32,000 bases of DNA from Mycolicibacterium smegmatis (GTDB taxonomy: Bacteria > Actinomycetota > Actinomycetes > Mycobacteriales > Mycobacteriaceae): assembly GCF_001457595.1 (NCBI RefSeq), contig NZ_LN831039.1, positions 3,810,001 to 3,842,000 of the forward strand, given 5' to 3'. Of this stretch, positions 25,542 through 32,000 are shown one piece after another; within the stretch, counting starts at the first letter, position 1, and every line of letters begins with the position of its first letter. Both the position numbers and the translations under genes were made by a program. A model generated the notes under the pieces. The model ran no database searches, was not told the origin of the DNA, and saw only the letters and a list, made by a program, of their open reading frames with translations.

Positions 25542-28500
25542 ATGGTTGGTGACCCGACACGGCGGTTGTTGTCCATCGATCTGCTCGATGACGACGAGCA
25601 TGACAGACTCGACGACTGGGGCAACCGGTCCGCCCTGACGAGGCCGGCCGCCCAGCAGAAAACGATCCCGCAACTCTTCTCCGCCCAGGTCACCCGGACG
25701 CCGACCGCCCACGCACTGGTGTGTGGCGAACGCGTCTTCACCTACCGCGAATTGGATGAGGCCACCGATCGTCTCGCGATGCGATTGACGCGTAGTGGGT
25801 CCGGACCGGGCCAATGTGTGGCGCTCCTGCTGCCCCGCTCAGCCGAAGCCATCATCGCGATTCTCGCCGTGCTCAAGTCAGGGGCGGCGTATCTGCCCAT
25901 GGATACGGCTCATCCGGATGCACGGCTGCGCTTCATGCTCCATGACGCCAAACCCGTCGCGGCCGTGACGACGTCCGCACTTCATACGCGATTGACCGGG
26001 ACGGGCATACCTCTCCTCGATATCGACGCATGCGACACCGGCGCAAGCGCGCCCATCCGCCCGCCCGTACCCGACGATCTCGCATACCTGACGTACACGT
26101 CGGGCACCACCGGTGTACCCAAAGCTGTCGCGGTGACCCACCGGAACGTCACACAGTTGCTGGAATGTCCACACCCAGAGCTTCCCGCAAGTCCGGGACA
26201 GGTTTGGTCGCAATGGCATTCGCTGGTCTTCGATGTGTCGGTATGGGAGATCTGCGGTGCGCTGCTCCACGGCAACCGGCTCGTGGTGGTGCCTGAATCC
26301 ATCGCGAGTTCGCCACACGAGCTCAATGCACTGCTGGTCCGGGAACGTGTGACCGTGCTGTGCCAGACTCCCTCGTCTGCGGGCATGCTCTCAGCCGAGG
26401 GTCTGGACCGGACCGCGCTGGTGGTGGCCGGTGAAGCCTGCCCGGCTGATCTGGTGCAAAGATGGGCGCCCGGGCGCGTGATGCTCAATGCCTATGGCCC
26501 GACGGAGGCCACCGTGTACGCCGCGATGAGTTCTCCGCTTTCATCGGATGCCGATCCGGTCCCCATCGGACGGCCGGTCCCCCACGCCGCCGCCTTCGTC
26601 CTGGACAAGTTCCTGCGACCGGTTCTCGACGGCGTAATCGGCGAGTTGTACATCGCGGGAGCCGGGGTCGCGGTCGGCTACGCACGCCGCTCCGCTTTGA
26701 CCGCATCACGATTTGTCGCCTGTCCATTCGGGACCCCCGGGCAGCGGATGTACCGTACCGGCGACCTGGTGCGCTGGGACGACGACGGACACCTGGTGTA
26801 TCTGGGTCGCTGCGACGAGCAGGTGAAGATACACGGCTACCGCATCGAGCTGGGCGAGGTGCAGGCCGCATTGGCCGGCCTCGACGGCGTGGACCAAGCG
26901 GTGGTGACGGTCCGCGAGGACCGCCCTGGCGACCAGCGGCTGGTCGGCTACATCATCGGTGCCGCCGATCCCAGCGCGTCACGCCGCGCACTGGCAGAGC
27001 GGCTCCCGGCGTACATGGTTCCCGCCGCGGTGGTGGTGCTCGACTCGCTGCCACTGACGGTGAACGGCAAGCTGGACAAGCGCGCGCTGCCTGCCCCGGA
27101 CTACCGCGGCGATGCCGGATCGTTTCGCGCCCCCACCTCAGACGTCGAGCGGATCCTCACAGACATTTATTCCGAAGTACTCGGTGTGGACCGGGTGGGC
27201 GTCGACGATTCGTTCTTCGCACTCGGCGGCGACAGCATTCTGTCGATGCGGGTCGTCGCGCAGGCCCGTATGCAGGGTCTGCGGCTCCGGCCTCGCGATG
27301 TGTTCGTCGAGCAGACGGTTGCAAGGTTGGCTGCAACGGCCACCCTCGTGAGTGGTCAGCGCGAGCCCGGTGAGGACGTTACCGCGCCCGTCACGGCGAC
27401 GCCGATGATGCGCTGGCTGCAAACCGTGGACGGCCAGGTGGATCAGTTCCACCAAGCAATGGTGTTGCAGGCACCCGCCGACGCTGCAGGCTGTGAGTTC
27501 GCCGATGTGGTGGACGTGCTGCAGGACCTGCTGGATCACCACGCCGCGTTGCGGCTCTGCGCGAGTGGGGATGGTCCATCGGCACCGGTACTTGAGGTGG
27601 GCGCCGTGCGCGCAGCCGATTGTGTGCAGTCGGTCGACACCCTGTGCGCCGAAACGTTGGCGAAGGCGCGCTCTCGCCTGAATCCGGCTGAGGGCCGCCT
27701 GCTCTCGGCGCTGTGGGTACCACATACACACCAGTTGGTCTTGATGATCCACCACATCGGCGTCGATGGGGTGTCCTGGCGAATCCTTCTGGAGGACCTC
27801 AACATCGCGTGGGCTCAACGTCGCGCTCACCAGCGGGTGGAGCTGCCCGCCGAGGGGACGTCGTTGGCTCACTGGTCTGCTCTGCTGCAAAAGCACGCAT
27901 ATTCGCCCGAGGTCGTTGCCCAGGCGGGTGCCTGGCAGAAGGTGCTGTCCATCGCGACCCCTCTGCCGGAGACACAACCGGCCGTGGACACCTACGCGAC
28001 CGCGGGTCATCTGTCTGTGTCGTTGGACTCCGAGACCACCCGGCAGTTGCTCGGCGACGTACCCGCAGCATTCCATGCCGGGGTCGGCGACATCATGCTC
28101 ATCGCATACGCCCTGGCGTGGAACGAATTTCGAGGTGGTGGCAGCGCCTCGATCACCATCGACGTCGAAGGTCACGGCCGCGACGAAGAACTGGGTGACG
28201 TCTTCGGTGAAGACATCGACCTGTCCCGCACCGTGGGCTGGTTCACCACGAAGTATCCCGTGGCCATCACCGTCGCCCCTCTCCGTTGGGACCTCGTACG
28301 AGACGGCGCCCCTGCCCTCGGCGCCATGATCAAGTCAGCCAAAGAACAATTGCACAGCCTTCCGGGCACATCGACGTACGGATTGCTGCGTCACCTGAAT
28401 ACCGACGTCGACCTGTCGGGCCCCGAACCCACCATCGGTTTCAACTATCTGGGCCGTGTCGGCGCGGATCACCTGGGCGACCGACTCTGGCGAATCGACC

Positions 28501-31500
28501 CCGACGGACTGGCCCTCGCCGAGGTCGCTTCCGCGGTGCCGATGCCGCTGATGCACACACTCGAGCTCAACGCAGGCACGCTGCAAGTCGATTCGCCGGC
28601 CGGCACGCCGGAGCCGGCACTCCAGGCAGCATGGACGTGGGCACCCTCGGCCGTGGACGAAGCGCAGGTGAAGCGGTTGAGCCAGCTGTGGTTCGAAGCA
28701 CTCACCGGCATCTGCGCACACGTGAGATCCGGTGGCGGCGGATGGACGCCTTCCGACATCGCACCGGCCGTCCTGACCCAGTCGCAGATCGATCAAATCG
28801 CCGAACAGTACCGCGTCGCCGACATCCTCCCCCTGACCCCGCTGCAGCAGGGGCTGTTCTTCCACTCGTTGATCGGCCCGGGTGAGGCTTCGACCGATGT
28901 GTACGCGGTGCAGTTGGACATCACGGTGACCGGCCTCCTCGACGCTGATCGCCTGCACGACGCCCTGCTGACCGTGCTGCGACGCCATCCCAACCTCGTG
29001 GCACGTTTCTGTGGCGACTTCGACCCGCCGGTTCAGATCATCCCGGACGACCCGGTCATGGCCTGGCGTTACATGGATCTGCGCGAAGACGACCGGCCGC
29101 CCGAGGTAGAGATCGAAAAACTCTGCACCGCCGAGCGCGTCGCTGTTTGTCACCTCACTGATCGGCCGGCCTTCCGCGCAGCGTTGATCCGCACCGCGGG
29201 CAACCAACACCGATTCGTGATGACGTTCCACCACATCGTTGTCGATGGGTGGTCTCTTCCGATACTCCTCAAGGAGATCTTCGGCGCGTACTTCGAACAC
29301 CGGCTGCCTGCCCCGAGGCCCTATCGTGACTTCGTTGGCTGGCTTTCCGCTCAGGACCACGACGCTGCGCGTGCAGCATGGCACGAGGTGATGGGCGGAT
29401 TCGCCAGCCCGACGGTGCTCACTCACCCGGGGCCCCCAGGGCCACGCCGCGCGCACACCTACCATGTGCCCGCCGAAACGACGCGTGCAGTCGGCGATTT
29501 GGCCCGCTCCTGCCGCACCACGGTCAACACGGTCCTGCAGGCCGCGTGGGCGCAACTCCTGATGGCGCTCACCGGGCAGCATGACGTCGCGTTCGGAACC
29601 GCTGTCTCCGGTCGGCCTGCCGAACTGGCGGGATCAGATTCGCTTGTCGGGCTGTTGATCAACACCATTCCTGTGCGGGCCAATGTCCCACCGACGGCAT
29701 CTGTCTCAGACCTGCTGGACCAACTGCAGCGCACGCACAACGCCACTGTCGACCATGAATATATGTCACTCAACGAGATTCATCGGATCACCGGTCATGA
29801 CCAGTTGTTCGACACCCTGTTCGTGTACGAAAGCTACCCCTTCGACGCAGGTGCTTTCGCCGGCACACACGAGTTGGCGATCACCGACTTCACCACCCGG
29901 GAACACAACCATTATCCATTGTCGGTCATCGCGATACCCGGTCACGAGTTGGGTCTGCGTGCGGAGTTCGACAGTGTCCGATTCACCGACGACGATATCG
30001 AGGAGCTGATCGAACGATTCCTGCGTGTGCTCGCGGCCATGATCGACGATCCGGAACGGAGAGTATCGACGATCGACGTGCTCGGCACCTCCGAGCGTGA
30101 GCGGCTCGACAGCTGGTGCCGGCGAGAGCGGCTACGTGGAAAGGGTTCTGGTTCCTCATCGATTCCGGAACGATTCTCCGCACAGGTCGTTCGGACCCCG
30201 GATTCGGTTGCGGTCACGTGCGGCGGAGAGTCGCTGACCTATGCAGAGCTCGACGAGACCGCCGATCGATTGGCAAACCTGTTGACCTTGCATGGCGCAG
30301 GGCCGGGCACCTACGTCGCCATCATGTTGCCCCGATGCGCACAAGCGATTGTGGCGATCCTCGCCGTGCTCAAGACCGGTGCGGCATATCTGCCCATCGA
30401 CCCGGTCCTGCCGGACGCACGTGTGCAGTTCATGCTCGATGACACCGCGCCGATCGCCGCGGTCACCAACGATGAGCTGCGCTCCCGGTTCGACGGGTTC
30501 GCCGGGGTGGTCGTGGAGGCCGACGATCCGGCCATGTCCCTTCACCCCACCACCGCACTGCTGGCCCCCGCCGCCGATGACATCGCCTACGTCATCTACA
30601 CGTCGGGCACCACCGGACGACCCAAAGGCGTGGCTGTCACCCATCACAACGTCACTCGGCTCTTCGACGCGCCCTATCCCGGTCTCACGTTCGGGTCTGG
30701 CCAGGTCTGGACCCAATGCCACTCGACGGGATTCGACTTCTCGGTGTGGGAGATATGGAGCGCGCTGCTCCACGGAGGGCGGCTCGTGGTGGTGCCCGAG
30801 TCCGTCACCAGCTCACCGAGCGACCTCCATGAACTTCTCGTCACCGAACACGTCACCATGTTCAGCCAGACACCGGCCGCTGCTGCGGCTCTGTCGCACA
30901 CCGGCTTGGAGGATCTGACGCTGGTGGTCGGCGGAGAAGCGTGCCCGAGTGAGGTGGTTCAGCGCTGGGCGCCCAAGCGCACGATGATCAACGGGTACGG
31001 ACCAACCGAGACCACCGTATTCGCCTCCACCAGTGAGCCTTTGAATCCGTCCTCCCCGGGTGATGTTCCAATCGGCGCACCGGTACCCGGCGCCGCCGTG
31101 TTCGTCCTGGACTCGTGGCTGCGTCCGGTCCCACCGGGCGTCGCGGGTGAGGTCTACGTCGCCGGCGGCGGTGTGACCGTCGGCTACGTGCACCGGCCTG
31201 GTATGACCGCGTCGCGCTTCGTGGCTTGTCCGTTCGCGGCGGACGGCAGCCGGATGTATCGCACCGGTGACCTCGCTCGCTGGGGAACCGACGGCCAGCT
31301 GCGTTATCTCGGGCGTGCCGACGATCAAGTGAAGATCCGCGGCTTCCGGATCGAACTCGGCGAGATCCAATGTGCGCTCGCCGACCTCGACGGGGTCGAC
31401 CAAGCGGCCGTCGTCGTGCGCGAGGACCAGCCCGGTGACAAGCGACTGGTCGGCTACATCACCGGCACCATGGACCCGGCCGTGGCACGTGAAATGCTTG

Positions 31501-32000
31501 CCGATCACCTGCCGCCCTACATGGTTCCGGCGGCCGTCCTGCGGTTGGACACGCTACCTGTGACCGTCAACGGCAAACTCGATCAGCGCGCGCTCCCCGT
31601 GCCCGGGTACGGCAACACCCGGATTCATCGCCCGCCTGTGACCCGGACCGAGAAGGTGGTCGCGGGCGTCTTCGGCCAGGTGCTCGGTGTAGAGCAGGTC
31701 GGCATCGACGACTCGTTCTTCGATCTGGGCGGCGACTCCATCTCAGCCATGCGGTGCGTCGCCGCAATCAACACCGCACTGGATGTCGGAGTCGGAGTGC
31801 AGGATTTACTGCAGGCACCGCAGGTTCGCCTGTTGAGCAGGCAGATTGAGGGCGTCGGCGAAACCGACACGTTGGCCGCAGGCGGCGCAACCGTGGAGTC
31901 GGTGCACGGATCAGCCGACGTCACCGAGATCCGTGCCGCCGATCTGACACTGGACAAGTTCATCGACGACGCGGCATTGTCCGCGGCGCGGAACTTACCC
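25542..32000 (+). CDS. Partial non-ribosomal peptide synthetase: A1-T1-E1-C2-A2-T2-[thioester-reductase-like start], at least 2153 codons, open at the window end
   Basis: The single frame from ATG 25542 stays in register to 32000. A1: [36 protein letters not shown]1: [10 protein letters not shown]1: [43 protein letters not shown]2: [26 protein letters not shown]2: [27 protein letters not shown]2: FFDLGGDSI. The terminal [13 protein letters not shown] resembles the entry to carboxylic-acid/thioester reductase domains. Confidence 0.9.
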   Translation, partial: MVGDPTRRLLSIDLLDDDEHDRLDDWGNRSALTRPAAQQKTIPQLFSAQVTRTPTAHALVCGERVFTYRELDEATDRLAMRLTRSGSGPGQCVALLLPRSAEAIIAILAVLKSGAAYLPMDTAHPDARLRFMLHDAKPVAAVTTSALHTRLTGTGIPLLDIDACDTGASAPIRPPVPDDLAYLTYTSGTTGVPKAVAVTHRNVTQLLECPHPELPASPGQVWSQWHSLVFDVSVWEICGALLHGNRLVVVPESIASSPHELNALLVRERVTVLCQTPSSAGMLSAEGLDRTALVVAGEACPADLVQRWAPGRVMLNAYGPTEATVYAAMSSPLSSDADPVPIGRPVPHAAAFVLDKFLRPVLDGVIGELYIAGAGVAVGYARRSALTASRFVACPFGTPGQRMYRTGDLVRWDDDGHLVYLGRCDEQVKIHGYRIELGEVQAALAGLDGVDQAVVTVREDRPGDQRLVGYIIGAADPSASRRALAERLPAYMVPAAVVVLDSLPLTVNGKLDKRALPAPDYRGDAGSFRAPTSDVERILTDIYSEVLGVDRVGVDDSFFALGGDSILSMRVVAQARMQGLRLRPRDVFVEQTVARLAATATLVSGQREPGEDVTAPVTATPMMRWLQTVDGQVDQFHQAMVLQAPADAAGCEFADVVDVLQDLLDHHAALRLCASGDGPSAPVLEVGAVRAADCVQSVDTLCAETLAKARSRLNPAEGRLLSALWVPHTHQLVLMIHHIGVDGVSWRILLEDLNIAWAQRRAHQRVELPAEGTSLAHWSALLQKHAYSPEVVAQAGAWQKVLSIATPLPETQPAVDTYATAGHLSVSLDSETTRQLLGDVPAAFHAGVGDIMLIAYALAWNEFRGGGSASITIDVEGHGRDEELGDVFGEDIDLSRTVGWFTTKYPVAITVAPLRWDLVRDGAPALGAMIKSAKEQLHSLPGTSTYGLLRHLNTDVDLSGPEPTIGFNYLGRVGADHLGDRLWRIDPDGLALAEVASAVPMPLMHTLELNAGTLQVDSPAGTPEPALQAAWTWAPSAVDEAQVKRLSQLWFEALTGICAHVRSGGGGWTPSDIAPAVLTQSQIDQIAEQYRVADILPLTPLQQGLFFHSLIGPGEASTDVYAVQLDITVTGLLDADRLHDALLTVLRRHPNLVARFCGDFDPPVQIIPDDPVMAWRYMDLREDDRPPEVEIEKLCTAERVAVCHLTDRPAFRAALIRTAGNQHRFVMTFHHIVVDGWSLPILLKEIFGAYFEHRLPAPRPYRDFVGWLSAQDHDAARAAWHEVMGGFASPTVLTHPGPPGPRRAHTYHVPAETTRAVGDLARSCRTTVNTVLQAAWAQLLMALTGQHDVAFGTAVSGRPAELAGSDSLVGLLINTIPVRANVPPTASVSDLLDQLQRTHNATVDHEYMSLNEIHRITGHDQLFDTLFVYESYPFDAGAFAGTHELAITDFTTREHNHYPLSVIAIPGHELGLRAEFDSVRFTDDDIEELIERFLRVLAAMIDDPERRVSTIDVLGTSERERLDSWCRRERLRGKGSGSSSIPERFSAQVVRTPDSVAVTCGGESLTYAELDETADRLANLLTLHGAGPGTYVAIMLPRCAQAIVAILAVLKTGAAYLPIDPVLPDARVQFMLDDTAPIAAVTNDELRSRFDGFAGVVVEADDPAMSLHPTTALLAPAADDIAYVIYTSGTTGRPKGVAVTHHNVTRLFDAPYPGLTFGSGQVWTQCHSTGFDFSVWEIWSALLHGGRLVVVPESVTSSPSDLHELLVTEHVTMFSQTPAAAAALSHTGLEDLTLVVGGEACPSEVVQRWAPKRTMINGYGPTETTVFASTSEPLNPSSPGDVPIGAPVPGAAVFVLDSWLRPVPPGVAGEVYVAGGGVTVGYVHRPGMTASRFVACPFAADGSRMYRTGDLARWGTDGQLRYLGRADDQVKIRGFRIELGEIQCALADLDGVDQAAVVVREDQPGDKRLVGYITGTMDPAVAREMLADHLPPYMVPAAVLRLDTLPVTVNGKLDQRALPVPGYGNTRIHRPPVTRTEKVVAGVFGQVLGVEQVGIDDSFFDLGGDSISAMRCVAAINTALDVGVGVQDLLQAPQVRLLSRQIEGVGETDTLAAGGATVESVHGSADVTEIRAADLTLDKFIDDAALSAARNLP

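Noticed and set aside
26462-27373. 303-aa plus-strand ORF and other listed ORFs between 25800 and 32000 (for example 27138..28175 minus and 28335..29582 minus)
   Set aside because: All are out of frame with or antisense to the NRPS, whose A, T, E and C motifs are intact in frame. They are Arg-rich or otherwise non-protein-like.
25542-32000. Possible siderophore (exochelin/mycobactin) NRPS
   Set aside because: No IdeR-type iron box, hydroxyornithine or formyl-transfer gene, or salicylate-type starter is visible. The E domain and reductase-like end do not specifically support a siderophore.
1-32000. CRISPR arrays, tRNA/rRNA genes, transposases, phage genes and classical defence systems
   Set aside because: None seen: no regularly spaced repeats, no recognisable transposase or integrase motifs, and no RNA-gene signatures by eye. 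A tRNAscan/Infernal run would be decisive.

Overview
The window is high-GC actinobacterial DNA. Protein composition and gene families suggest a rapid-growing mycobacterium (inference; no database was searched). The left and middle parts look like ordinary chromosome: a secreted small protein, a FadD-like acyl-CoA synthetase, a galactose-type block (SSS symporter with a small membrane partner, DeoR regulator, galT, galK), a cytochrome P450 divergent from a second acyl-CoA synthetase, a DUF7159-like proline-rich protein, an SDR and MFS pair, the long-form isocitrate lyase (Icl2/AceA2 type), a catalase-family peroxidase coupled to a cytochrome b561, an acyltransferase-3 family protein, and a secreted LAS/M15-like protein. 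Four places deserve a second look. (1) 10730-13631 is a translationally coupled three-gene cassette: an unknown 187-aa protein, a DyP-type peroxidase homologue whose GXXDG motif reads GFRDR, and an unknown 336-aa protein. It is preceded by a nested inverted repeat. (2) 23475-23594 (minus) is an unlisted 39-codon ORF with a perfect AGGAGG Shine-Dalgarno upstream of the acyltransferase; it resembles a peptide precursor or a leader peptide. (3) 25542-32000 is an NRPS reading frame of at least 2153 codons, absent from the supplied ORF track because it runs off the window. Its organisation is A-T-E-C-A-T-(start of a thioester-reductase-like domain), and its N-terminus begins exactly at a C-A linker, so the condensation domain is missing. 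(4) Several clean operator-like repeats sit in divergent or upstream intergenic regions. All functional calls come from motif recognition by eye.
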